Shown here in pieces: positions 42,876 through 56,843 of a stretch of 64,000 nucleotides of DNA. A program made the translations under genes and the position numbers. The stretch lies in assembly GCF_009834535.1 (NCBI RefSeq), contig NC_045697.1, positions 74,278,001-74,342,000 of the forward strand, in the 5' to 3' direction. The DNA is from Camelus ferus (taxonomy: Eukaryota). The notes under the pieces were generated by a model. It saw only the letters and a program-made list of their open reading frames with translations. It did no database searches and had not been told where the DNA came from. The stretch's first letter is position 1. Each line of letters begins with the position of its first letter.

Positions 42876-44339
42876 AAGTCTTACCATAGGTAACTGGTGT
42901 AGGGCATGTGTTGGCTGCTTTGATTTTAAACTTTTACCGCCAAAACAAAATGAACAAGATCAAAGTTTTCTAAATTTTTTTTTATAACCTAAAAAAGTTA
43001 TTTTGGGGCCTTTAGCATGGAGTACATCAAATATAAGAGTTTATGCATACCTCTGAACCATTTGGTAACTACGAAAACTTCTAATTTAAGCCAAATATAT
43101 TAGCAAATATAATTGAAAGTAGAAATACCTTGATAATGTAAATAAGAGTAGCTGTCTCTTTCAAGAAACTTCTTTTTCCTGAAATACTAGTCTCAGAGTC
43201 TTATTTTTTTTCCACTTCACCACACTGGATGAGACTCAAAAAAATTAGCATATTTGTTTTCTTACTTTTAAAAAATTATTCTCCTGTGAGACAAGGTAAG
43301 GATATAGTCTCTCCAACACTTTTTTTGTTTATATTGAATAACTTTAGATTGTAAGGCTGTTACATTTGGAACTTTTTGGCATTTAAAATACTAAAAACAC
43401 ACCAAGAGAATGAGATCAAAGGTTTTTTTTCCTCCCCACTTTCTGGGGAAAAAATTTTCTAATATAAATGTTTTTCGTTTCTCTAAGTTATACTTAGCTG
43501 TGAAATCCAAAACCTGACCATATTTGACTCAGAACTCTACAAATTTATAACTGTTTTCTCTTCTTTCAAGACTGAGGTTCTTAACAAGCATTTTGGTGCT
43601 TCACCAAAAGTAATACACTCTCTTATTTAAACTGCATTTTAATCTGAAGCTAAAAGCCTCTAAAAGACAGTATATATAAATATGGACAGAATTTATATTA
43701 AATCATTTAAAATATAACAAAGTTGCAAAGAACAAGTTTGCTGTTTGCTTAGTGGTGCTCTTTTGATTCAGTGCCAAATACTTGACATATAGTTGTAGAG
43801 ACTGAGACAGAGATAGGAGATATATCACATGCTTATTATATTATATTATATATTATGTATATGAATGATATAAAACAGATCATGTGTTAAATTCATCTCC
43901 TTTTCTAGTAGAAATTTAGAAAAGTCAGCTAAAGTAATAGTAGAAGGAATTGAAACTGGCAGAGAGGTGGGTAAATTTTTACTAGGCAAATTCTTCCTAT
44001 TATAGCGTTAGGCATTCCTTATGTAAAAATGTTAGTCATTTATAGGCTACTAGTTAATTGTATTTGGTAATACAAGAGGGGTAGTTCTGGTGGTAGGAAT
44101 ATTTTTATATAGGTTTTAATGAGTAGCCATTAGGTGAATTTTTTTACTTAAAAAATTAATAGATTATTATAATCTTTATTTGAAAGGAAGGTGACATAAT
44201 GAGATAAAGACTAGTAGAAAGGTTTCTATTTTTCAGTCTTACTTTTTTCATGTGGAATTTCAAAAGGTTTAGCTTCTTCATGTGGCATGTTAAGAGTTTA
44301 AGAAAAAGAGAACAATGTAAAATGCACAATTTTATTATG

Positions 44340-44557
44340 CAGTTGACCCTTGAACAGCACAGGGGTTAAGAGTGCCAATCCTCCCTGCAGTCAGAGATCC
44401 CTGTATAATTTATGGTCAGCCTTTGGTATACAGCATCCTTTAGTATCTGCAGTTCTGCATCCACAGATTGAGTTAGTACTGTACTATTTACCATGAAAAA
44501 AATCCATGTGTAAGTGGACCTGTGCAGTTCAAACCCAAGTTGTTAGAGGATCAATGT
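44340..44557. mobile_element. Tigger2/MER8-like MITE
   Basis: Left TIR CAGTTGACCCTTGAACA; degenerate right TIR (gttcaaaccc..gttgttagaggatcaatg). Confidence 0.75.
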
Positions 44558-44689
44558 GATTGTATAGTAATACATTACATTTTTACTTATTTAAGCCTTT
44601 TAAATTTAAACCTTTAAAAAAGTTTCTACTTTTTAAGATTTCACTTGAAGTGACACTTTAAATAATTTAATCAAATTCTCCTCAAATTT

Positions 44690-46530
44690 TATCTATAGGT
44701 TTAACAGAATTTTTATCAAAATTGAGCAAGATTTTTAGTAGATATAGACAAACTTATTCTAAGTTTTATATGGAGAAAATTTGTAAAAGAGTAATAGAGA
44801 GAATCATTCTCTGTGTTAAGACTTACTGTATAGCTACAATAATTGGAAAGAGAGATGTTAGAACAGAATAGAGAACATACAAAAAGACATAGAAGCAATT
44901 CAACGGGAGTACAATCTTTTTAAACAAATGTGGCTGGATCAAGTGCCCATTCATAGGCAAAGAGAATGAATATCTAAATTGCATACCTTATGTAAAAGTT
45001 AACTCAAAAAGGATCATGGATTTAAATGTAAAATTCAAAACTATAAACTTTAGAAGAAAATGTAAAAACATGCAAAAAAACTTTGAGAGCTGGGAATAGA
45101 AAAAGAGTTCTTATGCGTGTCACCAAAAGCATAATTCATAAAAGATTTTTGGTAGTTGGACTTCATCAAAATTAAAAATGTTTGCTCTGCCAAAGGCTCT
45201 GTTACAAGGATGATAAAACAAGCTAAAGATTAGAAGAAAATATTTGCAAACCAGCAATACATGCAAATCTGACACATATTTGAATCTGGAATATATAAAG
45301 AATTCTAAAAACTCGTCAGTAAAAAAATAAACAAAAAAGAATCCAATTAGAAAATAGGTAAAAGACATGAACAGATATTTTACCAAAGGGTATATACAGT
45401 TGGCACATACGCACATGAAAAACTTTCTTCTTCTTAACCATCAGGGAAATGTAAATTAAAACTACAATGAGATATCATTACACACCTATCAGATTGGCTA
45501 AAATAAAAAAGAAATAAGACTAAATGTTGACAAGGATGTGGAGAAACCGAATCACTCACACATTGCTGGTAGGGATGTAAAATGGTACAATCATTTGGAA
45601 AATAGTTTGGTGGTTTCTTACAAAACTATGGATACAGTTACCACAAGACTCAACAATTGCACTGCTGAGCATTTATCCCAGAGAAATGAAAACTTATATT
45701 CATACAAAATCCTGCACATAAATGTGCATAGCAACTTTATTCATAATAGCCCCAAACTAGAAATAACCCTAATACCCTTCAATGAGTGAATGAATAAACA
45801 AATTCTGATGTATCCTTGCTATAGAATCCTACTCAGCAATAAAAAGGAGTGGACTATCCATTCTTGTAACAACTTGGATGGATCTCAAAGTCATTACAAT
45901 TAATGAAAAAAACCCATCTCAAAAGATTAACTATACTATATGATTGCATTTATTTACCATTCTCAAAATGATGAAACTAGAGAGATGGAGAACAACAGGT
46001 TAATGATTGGCAGGGAACAAGAATGGCTGTGGAGAGGTGGCTGCTGTCAAGGGAGCTCCATTGTGGTGATGAGGTGGTTATATGAACCTATACATGGGAT
46101 CAAATCGCATAAAACTGTACATACACTCACAAAAAAGGTGTATTAAACCTGGTGAAAACTGAGCAAGGTCTGCGGTTAACAGTATTGTACTAACAATAAT
46201 TTCCTAGCTTTGTTATTGTACTGAGGTTTGTTTGTTTGTTTGTTTTTACTTATTGTTTTTGTTTTGTTTTTTGCTTGTCTTTTTTTTTTGCAGGGATAGT
46301 TAGGTTTATTTATTTATTTTTAAAGAAGGTACTGGGGATTGAACCCAGGACCTCACATGTGCTAAACACACACACTGTCACTGAGCTTTACCCTCCCACC
46401 CTGTACTGCAATTTTATAAGATATCATCACTGGGGAAGCTGGATGAACGGTTCACAGGATTCTATGCACTATTTTTGCAACTTTCTATGAGTCTATAATT
46501 ATTTCAAAATAAAAAGTTAAAAATATAATT
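44690..46530 (+). mobile_element. L1 (L1MC-like) ORF2 end and 3'UTR, with a nested SINE
   Basis: ORF2 C-terminal motifs and a 3' end at gtctataattatttcaaaataaaa. Confidence 0.85.
46265..46397 (-). mobile_element. tRNA-derived SINE, camelid vic-1-like
   Basis: gtactggggattgaacccaggacc...actgagctttaccctccc; same family as the 34335-34459 copy. Confidence 0.8.
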
Positions 46531-49500
46531 TAAGTAGAAATATCAGAAAAGATCAAGAAAATAAAGAATATTGAAATATTTCTCAGTTCATCTTTTTCAA
46601 AAATACCAGAAAATTTCTGGAGACCATTTATAAAACAAATGATATTTTGATAAAAGGCAAGAACTACAAAATGAATAGTAGTGCAATGCTAATATACACA
46701 GGTAGACATTGACTCTCACTTTTGACAGTCCGTTTCACAGGTTGCTACTCTCCACTCCCAGGGAAATAGAGAAAACCAAACAACGTAATTTGAGTTTCTT
46801 TATATCCACATTGCTGCAGAATAGTTATTGGTATGATCTAGGAATACACCTAGTACTAATCCTGGCTGATAGTTTGCACCAGGGCTCCTGCCCTGCCACC
46901 AGAAAGCTTCAGGTTTCCTGGAAGATGCCCTGGTGTCACATGCGTTATGGTGATTGGAATGTTATGTTCATGAGAAGTAGAGAAAGTTCTTTCCTACAGA
47001 AAGCTTAGTTGTGTGCAGTTTCAATTATGTATTTGTATTTCAAAGTACTGAAAAGTGAGACTGAGCGTTTTGTTTTGGCTGTTAGAATGGTTGAGTGAAG
47101 AAATTTATTTTGAATTTTAATCAACTCAGGTGTGAAAATGACACAGTTGTATAACATTGTACTACTAACTAAATCATCTGGAACCACTTTGCTATAAACA
47201 AGGCTTGAAAAAGGGTAGCAAGATTACGTTCAAGCTTTATGACCCCCACGTCCTCAACAAGACTAAGTACAAGGCCAGTATCTACTTCAGAGGCAGCAGT
47301 TCTTTACTGAGGGGAGCATTGGTAAATGGGCACACAGCTTGGGTACCTTAAATCCACATAGCGTTGGGCTCACTGTGTTTCTTATCTCTTATTTTCTTTT
47401 TCTGTTTTTAAGTCATGAAATCAGATTGTCTTCTTAGGAAAATACAGTGCCTTTTTTTTTTTTTTTTTTTTTTACATGTACTTAACTGTGGCATGTGATT
47501 AAAGAAAAAGTTAAAAGTCTTTTTTTTCTCTTGGAGTTAGATTTGTTGTAATTCCTCCCAATATTATGTTATGCGTTGTTCTATCCTTTAGGGTTAGACT
47601 TCAGGAACCCTATTTATAGACCAGGTTTTTAAGTACTCTGCAAAGAGAGCCCATGATGACCGACTACCAAGAAAGGTTTTAATGGCCAGTGTATCTAGGG
47701 TGGATTACATGGAATCTTCTAATAGGGTTGCTTTTTAAGACAAAATAAATAAACATATTTGACGTGAGGAAATGTCTGTGCGAGGAATTAAATTTATCTG
47801 AATTTAATTTAATTAGATCATATGTCGAGTGTGAAATTATTAGGAAATTTTTATCTGTATACAAATGAACAAACAGAATTTATGGGACAATCAAGGAGAT
47901 TTGGGCCTATTCCTGACTCCACTAAGTCATTTATTATAGCACTAGGCAAGTTTGAAAGTTACCATGGTTTGTTTTAGGAATATTATGAATTCACTGATAA
48001 GAAACCTCAAATTATCCATTCAAGTGCATATTGTTTACTAGCATGTTTCAGAGATCGAATTGCTTCAAAAGATTGAAATAGGTTTATGTGAGTAATGAAA
48101 TACTTATTTTTGAAAACCAGTACCAGGTGAGGGTGGTACATTCCAACTTGTGTTGAAATGTAGCTGGGATGGGACCATTTTCATTCAAGACCTTCCTGGA
48201 ACAAATCTGGAGCACCTTCCCAGTCCTGCGATGTTTTCAGCAGCGCCCAGGTTTTCTTAGGGCTGGAAATGTACCCATTTCACGATAAGACTTTCCCTAA
48301 GAATTTCTTTCCTTTTTTTCCTTTAGAGTTTTTCTTATTATTACAAATAATGGGCACTGTAATAACAGGCTTTGAAGTTCTAGAACGAGGCAGCTTTGAA
48401 TGAAAATTTACAGAAATTGTACATTAACAATTAGTAGGTGAATTTTCAATAAGTACCCATTTTAAGTAGAGCAAAATTACTGTTGGCGCCATCCAGAAGC
48501 AATGAAGAATAGGGAAGAATCTTTGCTCTAAAGCAGAGATATCTACGATAAAATATTTAGTTTTAGCTTTTAACATTTCTAATGAAGACAGATGAATAAG
48601 CAACCCCAAATACAGCGTTATTTGCAGTTATGTATAAGCTACTCTTAAAGCTCTGAAAGACAACGTCTGTTTAGAATTAATGCAAAACCAGTTCTACATT
48701 CATTTCATTTTGTATATTTATTTGCTAAGAGGTATTTCCTCATATAGTTTACCTCCTGGATTGACTTTCCAGACCACTTTTGAATATTTCACTCTAAGTA
48801 ACTTAGTTTTTAAACTTAAAAACTCTTGATATTGCTAAACTTCCAAGATTTATTTTTCAAAATTATAAATGTTATAATCACGTTTAGGAGACAGAGGGAA
48901 GACTAATGATGTAGATCCTTCTTTTTCTGCTGATGGAAACTAATTACTATTATTTATTTCCATTTAAATTGGCATTCTTTGTGCTATCCCAGATAATTTA
49001 TGATTAAAATCACCTTGACTACACATTGAACTATTTTATTCTTTGCTTTGAATCCGCTCCTCTCAACACTCAAAATCATTCATTATTTTTATTCAATTAG
49101 GCCTAACTCACATTAGAGAGATACCTGAAGCAAGGAAATGTCCCTAATAGCTGTGCAGTTGCAATAGTTCACAGGCTCTGCAAGAATATGTTCAAAACTA
49201 GATCATCAGAAGAATTTTTAAAAATTATCCTTAAGTATAAGATGAAAGTATAGTCATAAATAGAAAACTGTCATTACTTAAATGGCATAAATATATGGTA
49301 TTAGTAATCAATAGTATAATGTTTCTAGCTGTGAATATACTTATTTGTAGAAAATTATTAAATTAATTTTATGTTGAAACCAGTGATTATTTTAGAAAGT
49401 TGGCTGTATTCTCTATACTTAAGTGGGAACTTACATGCTTCCTAGGAAAAAATATCTAGAAATTTTACATATGATCACATTGCAAATATTTTATAGTAAC

Positions 49501-50204
49501 AGAGTAAACTCAATTCCCAGGACAATTCCTTATCTTAAAGCAAACTATTTTACTTATTTTTTGAGTTTTTTAAAAAGATTTTTTACATATAAGTGAGATT
49601 ATGCAGTATTTGCCTTTGACTTACTTCATTTAGCATAATGTCCTCTAAAACAAATTATTTTGCATGGTGATTTTACTCTGATGTGTCTACTGCAATGAGA
49701 AATCAAAGGTATTTTTGTGGCAGTGTGTACATCGAACAAACTAGCCATGAAAAACTGCAGGGTTTTTTGCAGGGGAGAAATTAGATTAGGGCTAAACCCT
49801 CTTTTTTTTTTTTTTTTTAAACAACTTTATTGACTAAATACTTCCGTGCCCTTAGGGACATATTCACCCTTAAATTTTTTCAGCAAAACAAAGAAAGAGA
49901 GAAAACCAAGCTGCCAAAGGCAGTATTAAATAAAATGGCCCAGAAAATTGCTTTGCAGTCATGCTTATCTGCTTTCATCTAATGTAGATGGTGTGCTGTA
50001 AAACTGAGTAATTGTTGGATTACAATGATCTAACCAAAAAAAAGTTTTAAAGTAATTTTCTTTGTTTATAAAATAAGTGCTTTTGATAGGTTTCTTTCAA
50101 GTAACCTTAAATCTCACTAATAAGCAATATTCAAATTTACAGTTATTTTTCATTGGATATTAGATTCTGATTTACATTCTTGATCAAATTCTATGAAAAG
50201 TGAT

Positions 50205-50665
50205 TTTATGAGTCAGATGCCAAATAGGAAAAGATGGCACATTCAAATTGGGAATCTCTGAGGAAGATTTATATGTAGAGATTAATTATAAAGTTGTAAG
50301 ACAGGATCTTAAACCGTGAAGGGATAGAGCAGGAAACTGTCATTAGTAGTCACAGAGCTGTTTCTGCCTCTAGGCTTGACTGAGAGGAAGAAGGAAAGAG
50401 AGAAAGTCCCTTAGAGCAAGCTGCTTTGATAGGGGCAGTAACCTTCGAGCAAGAGACAGAGTCAGGCTCAGGGACTGTAGGGGTGGGAGGAGAGGAAAAT
50501 TACCCTGCCCTCAGTCACTGTCTGGTCTCCTGCTGGGGTTTCGCACTGGCCAAACCCACCCAGATTCCAAAGGGCAAGGAAGCCTGTTGAAGCATCCTAT
50601 ACAGGTCATACACTAGGGCAGGGAGCAGGTTGAATTTGGGGGAGACAAACCTAAGGTATCTGGCA
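50205..50665. mobile_element. MLT1-like LTR remnant
   Basis: aggaaaagatggcacattcaaa...actggccaaacccacc...agggcaaggaagcc motifs. Confidence 0.55.
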
Positions 50666-53347
50666 GAGTAATGGAAATTCAGAGCTGAGAGAGACAATAG
50701 AGGTCACCCAGAATGAGGAAAGCTGAGATTTATGGAGAGATGAAGCAGTGTAACACACACTTAAGACACACTGTCTGTCAGTCAGCTGTGTCCACAACTG
50801 GAGCGCTATGTCCATTATGCTTGGTAATTATGCCATAGTCCCCTCTTACAGCATCTGTGCAAATCTCATGTGTGAAGTTACACTGATTTGTATTGCTGTT
50901 GTCCTAGCAAAATTAATAAAATTTGAAATTTATTAACCTGGCAGCTGGGGTTTGCACCTTTAGAGGAAATGTTTTGAAATAGTAGTTTGTCCCATAAATC
51001 TTATATTAGCCCATACTATAGTTGCCTGAAAATTACTTTCAATGACCATACCTGTTAAAGAAAATTGCTTTTTAATGTGACTTCTTAAATCCTAGAATTG
51101 TTGAGTTAAGATAGGGAGAGGACATATAATAACCCTCTAACTATTGGAATCTTTGCTTCAGAGGCTTAAAATTTGGAACTCCCCATTTGATTAAAATTAA
51201 AAGCAGTCTATAAAACTCTTAATATATTAAAAATTTCCACTCCCAAGATGAATTCTCTCCTTCATTGTTGAAATATGGTTACTTTCAACATTTTCAGCTA
51301 TTTTTTACCTTTTTCTTTTCAATATTCTGTTAATACCATCTGATCCTATTATACCAAGTAATTTTCCACTTGTTGAATGCATTTGTGTTCAACTGGACGT
51401 AAGAGTGGGAGCATCTCTTCAAATTCAGCTCATGATCTGAAAACCCTTGATGACAATGCTTACTCTGAAATTAGAAATCTCTTTTGTGAACAGCAAACTT
51501 TATGCTTTTTTTTCACACAAATGGTCTCTGTGCAGTCCAGGTCTCTTCCTTCTTTCTCATATAGCTTGTGCTGTTAGCAATAATGAGTAAATTCTTAAAC
51601 CAAAACAATAGGTTATTGCCAATGTTTTTGTATCTCTGTGTCAAGGAGCAAAAAAGATCAATGTCAGCTGGGCTTTTCTGCTGCATCTGTGATTATATTT
51701 GATTGTAAATCCTGCATTGTACCCAGCCTATTTTACAAGGAGATACATTCCTTTGATTTGCTACTAGTTAGGTTCAAATACCTATAGAATATAAAAGGTT
51801 CTAATAAAAAAAAAGAGTATTCAAATATAAGTGCAGCATCTTCTCCTTTTTAGAATGCAATAAACTGTATTAGCTAAAATATATTCTAGCTTTATACTTT
51901 CCCTGTATCTTTAAATATTTTCCTTTCATAGTTTTTGTCAGGCAGTGTGATAGAACTTGTCATTTAATGTCAAGCCATGTTAAAGAATTCAGCTACTTCA
52001 TACATTTATGGTGTTTGCTTTTGAAAAATTTTTAAAATTTTGAAACATAATACAACCATCCCCTAAGATAACTGCTCATTTTTAATGATTCTATAATATT
52101 TTACCAAGTAGATTTAATATATTTTGCTTATCTGCAGTTAAATGTGAAGTTGCTCTCAACTCTCACTCTGCAGATAACACTACAATGAAAACATCCTGCA
52201 CATAGCTTCTCCTACTCTTTGAATTGTTTCTCAGAAGTCAGATGATAGAGTCAAAGGATGTGAACATTTTTGTTGCTTATGATGTATATTGCTAAATTGG
52301 TTTCCAAAGGGGTTTTAACTAGTTTGTTTTACCATCAGTAATGTTCAGAAGCCTTTGCTTCACTCCTACTTTCATTAACATTTGTTCATCAAACTTTTTT
52401 GGTAAATTTTACAGGGTAATAGGCATAACTTGTTTCATTTAGTGTTATTTTATCATACCAAGGTTGAATATTTGCATTTATTTTGCTTAATATCTGTTTC
52501 TTGCTAATTTGAATGAGTTCCTTAATAAAATTATCAATCTTATGTTTATGTGCTAGAGATATCTTCCTCAGAATATTGTTTGCCTTTTTTTAGTTAGCGA
52601 CATGTTTTTCTTAAAGCTGAGAAATTCCACAGGTTTTACGTTTTAGTTCTATTTTGTGTACAGAAAACTGTAGCACAAGTAGGCAGTTTCTGTAGGTCCT
52701 TAAGGCAGTGACGGTCTCACATAGGCTAAACCATAGCACAGAGCCTGAAAGCTCTAGAAGTCAGCTAGCAATGGTAAGATCAGAAATCTGAGATTATTTT
52801 TTAAGCTGTGTGTTGTTTTATTTTATTATTTTCTATTTGTCCTACCTTAAGTATTTAGCAAAGTCTTTTTCAAATACCAGCCTGTCTCCATTGTGCTAAT
52901 GGGATCCCAAAACATGTTATTTTATTTTTTACTGAGAGAAAGTAAGATATCCTGAGAAGGCAGCGTGAAGGCAGAAGTGATAATTCAAGTGAAACCCATT
53001 CAAAAGGTGAAGCTCAAAGGGACAGAGTGGAGGCTGCTTGGTCCAGTTGTCTTACACCTTGTGGGTTAGTGGTTGGTTTTAGTTCAGTAAAGAAGGAGAT
53101 TGCCTTACCAGATACTATCTCTTCCCCAAGACAGCTCCTTGAGGGTGGATCAGGTATTCATGTTTATAACTCATTCCTGATTGACTGACCAGTACAAAGA
53201 AGGCAGAGATTTAATTAATTCCTGAATGAAATAATGAATGAATCAAAGGGAGAAAATAGTATGAGAAGCAATTGGAGTTAAAAATGTGATACTGATTCTG
53301 ACCACTGAATGTCTTCAGAGGAAGAAAATAAATTAAGAAATATCTCC

Positions 53348-55020
53348 TTATTAAAATGTCCATACTACCCAAAGCAAGCTACAAAGTTAATGTGATCCCT
53401 ATCAGATTACCTGGGACATTTTTCACTGAACTAGAACAAACAATCCTAAAATTTTATATGGAACCACAAAAAAAACCAGAATTGCCAAAGCAATCCTGAG
53501 GGAAAAGAACAAAGCTGGAGGCATAACCCTCCCTGACCTCAGACAATACTCCAAAACTACAGGAATCAAAACAGTGTGGTATTGGCACAAAAACAGACAT
53601 GTAGATCAATGGAAAAGAATAGAAAGCCCAGAAATAAACCCATCCACCTACAGTCAATTAATCTTTGACAAAAAAAGCAAGAATATACAATGGAGAAAAG
53701 ACAGTCTCTTCAGCAAGTGATGTTGGGAAAACTGGAGAACCACATGCAAATCAATGAAGTTAGAACACTCCCTTGCACCATACACAAAAATAAATTCAGA
53801 GTGGCTTAAAGACTTAGTTATAAGACATACCACCATAAAACTCCTAGAAGAGAATATAGGCAAAACATTCTCTAACATAAATTGTAGCAATATTTTCTTA
53901 GGTCAGTCTCCCAAGGAAATAGAAATGAAAGTAAAAATAAACAAATGGGACCCAGTCAAACTTAAAAGCTTTTGCACAGCAAAGGAAACCATAAACAAAA
54001 TGAAAAGACAACTTACGGACTGGGAGAGAATATTTGCAAATGATGTGATCAGCAAGGGCTTAATTTCCAAGATACAAAAACAGCTTATAAAACTCAACAA
54101 CAAAAAAACCAAACAACTCAATGAAAAGATGAGCAGAAGACATTAAATAGACAATTCTCCAAAGAAGGCATACAGATAGCCAACAGGCACATGAAAAGAT
54201 GCTCAACATTGCTAATTATTAGAGAAATGTAAATCAAAACTACAGTGACACCAATCAGAATGGCCATGATCAAAAAGTTTACAAATAATAAATGCTGGAG
54301 ATGGTATGGAAAAAAGGAACCCTTCTACACTGTTGATGGGAATGTAAATTGGTGCAGCCACTATGAAAAACTGTATGGAGGTTCCTCAAAAAATTAAAAA
54401 TAGGTCTACCATATGATCCAGCAATCCCACTCCTGGGCATATATCTAAAACAAGATGAAAACTAAGACAAAAAGATACATGCACCCCAATGTTCACAGCA
54501 GCACTATTTACAATAGCCAAGATGTGAAAGCAGCATAAGATGAATGGATAAAGACGTGGTGTGTGTGTGTGTGTGAATATTACTCAGCCATAAAAAAGAA
54601 TGAAATATTACCATTTGCAGCAACATGGATGGACCTAGAGATTATCATACTAAGTGAAGTAAGTCAGACAGAGAAAGACAATTCCATATCACATACGTGG
54701 AATATAAAAAAAATGATACAAATGAGCTTATTTACAGAATAGAAACAGACTCACAGACATAGAAAATAAACTTATGGTTACCAAAGGGGAAAAGAGGGCA
54801 AGGGATGAATTAAGAATTTGGGATCAAGAGCTACATACTACTATATATAAAATAGATAAACAACAAGGACTCTAGCACAAGGAACTATATTCAATATCTT
54901 ATAATAACCTATAATGGAAAAGAATCTGAAAAAATTATATATGTATAACTGAATCATTTTGCTGTATACCTGAAACTAACACAGTATTGTAAATCAACTA
55001 TAATTCAATTTTTTAAAAAA
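53348..55020 (+). mobile_element. 5'-truncated L1 (ORF2 C-terminus, 3'UTR, A-tail)
   Basis: ORF 53754-54146 is L1 ORF2 ([13 protein letters not shown]...[11 protein letters not shown]). Degenerate TSD-like aagaaatatctcc / aaaaattatttcc. Confidence 0.95.
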
Positions 55021-55087
55021 ATTATTTCCAAGATCTGATTTTTTAAAACTTACTGAAAATAACAATGTTTGCAAACATCTCTATGAC

Positions 55088-55302
55088 TCAACAAAAATGG
55101 ACTTTTTTCTTTTCATTTTTACAGTGAGACTCATGTTTTTTAACAGAATGGTCAATGAAATTGACCTTCATTGATTCTTCAAAAACAGTGTTTTGAGATA
55201 ACTCCTTATAATTGTGTCCCCAAACAATAGAGCTTGATAGATTTTGTACATCCTCCTCAGTAGGACCTCTCATTGGGTCTGTGAAGCCTATGTGTTTTCT
55301 CC
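55088..55302 (-). pseudogene. Candidate terminal exon of a nested antisense gene
   Basis: Acceptor cttcttcatattgttaag|GG; open phase-1 frame (W)RKHIGFTDPMRGPTEEDVQ...KNEKKKVHFC-TGA. Confidence 0.6.
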
Positions 55303-55455
55303 CTTAACAATATGAAGAAGACCGGTCGAGAAAACTATGTTCTGTAACTTAGTAAGTTTGTTAGTTAATAGCACAAACACTTTGCTAAGATTTGTGACAG
55401 AGAGAGAAACAAAGAGAGAAACAAAAAAATAAGGGAAAACCCATGTACAAAATAC

Positions 55456-55590
55456 AGGGATCTAAGTCAGTAAGGGCTGTCTCAACAAAGCCTCCTGACA
55501 TTAAACTTGGAGAATCTGCTTCAGCAGTAGGATTTCCTATTTGGAAGCCGACAGGAGGAATTGTCTCCAATAAATCTATATTATTTAGAT
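55456..55590 (-). pseudogene. Candidate internal exon (135 nt, phase 1->1) of the nested antisense gene
   Basis: Strong acceptor tcttttttctttag|AT; open frame (D)LNNIDLLETIPPVGFQIGNPTAEADSPSLMSGGFVETALTDLDP. Donor CCT|gtattt is weak. Confidence 0.6.
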
Positions 55591-56843
55591 CTAAAGAAAA
55601 AAGATTTAAAAGCATTATTTTCTTAATCCCCTATATTCTATAAGACTTTGATCTTACCAGTTAGGTTTTGCCAACTATATTACATTTTAGGAACATAATT
55701 TCTGCAGTGAAAAATTACTGAATTGGAAAGACTGAAGCAGTAGGTGTTATAAAAGGCCAGAAAGGAAGGATGTTGATTTTTGGTTGGGAAAGATGTAAAG
55801 CAGGTCTTGAATTTGGCCTTGAAACAGAGTAAACTTTAGATTAAAAGAAGAATGTCAAGTATTTTAGTGAGAGGAACTAGCGTTATCAAGACTAGAAGAA
55901 ATGAGCATGGAAAGAGAATTTCAAGTGAATGTCAGAAAACAAGTTTCATGAAGTAATGCCTACTGTAGATGACTGGTGAAGTGGAATCAGCTCATTGAGA
56001 GCCTTTAATGTCATAATTTATGCTTTTTTTTTTAAAATAAAGGTTAGTTTAGGTAGGGTTTTGGGGATGGGAGGAGGTTGCTGTTTTCTTTTGATTTCAA
56101 AAACATTTTCTATGATTTCAGAACTCTTCTTGAAGACAACAGCTAACAATTTTATATATCTGTTTATATGTTAATAACTAAAAATGAGCTTTCTGAAGAG
56201 AAACAGGCACCAGTATTAATAAAACCTATTAGTTTTCTGGACCTCTGTACACTAACAAGTGACATTCTAGGCTAGGAGTACTAGAGACCAGTGACTTGTC
56301 TATTAAAAGGGCAGAACAGATCATCTTTCTCTGAGAGAAGGCTACAGTAAATTTATTAAATTTACTATCTTTATTGAATATGAAGCAATGTTTATTTGCC
56401 TTTTTGATTCTGCAAACCTTTGACTCTGCCTGTTGTCTTTCACTTAAGGGCTAGAGCATTTTCATGGACTCCTACTTGACCACCATTTTGTTTATGATGT
56501 AATAAAAACCTGGTATTTCAGTGCAATTGACTGCTGGTTGGCTTGTTTTGCCTTGTGTTCCTGGAGGGTAGCAACGTGGGCACACACCCTGGAAAGAAAC
56601 TTGACCAAAAGCACATGGAGAGAATTCTACTTGTAACTTTTGCTAAGGGTTCATTAGTCTGTTCATGTGCCTTAAATCTAAGGTAACTTTTTTTGTGTCT
56701 GTGTGCTTTATCACCCTCAATTAAGTCTGCTTGAATTTGAAAATTCTGTTTCTGGAGTTGCTCTTTACTTACACATCACTGACAGACCTCATTTACTCAT
56801 GTCAGGGAGGGATTGGTTAGTGCTAGGTCCCCAGCCCACTCAC

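Noticed and set aside
28614..46397. Functional tRNA genes at the tRNA-like sequences
   Set aside because: One is a 5' half only; the other two are diverged SINEs with A-rich tails.
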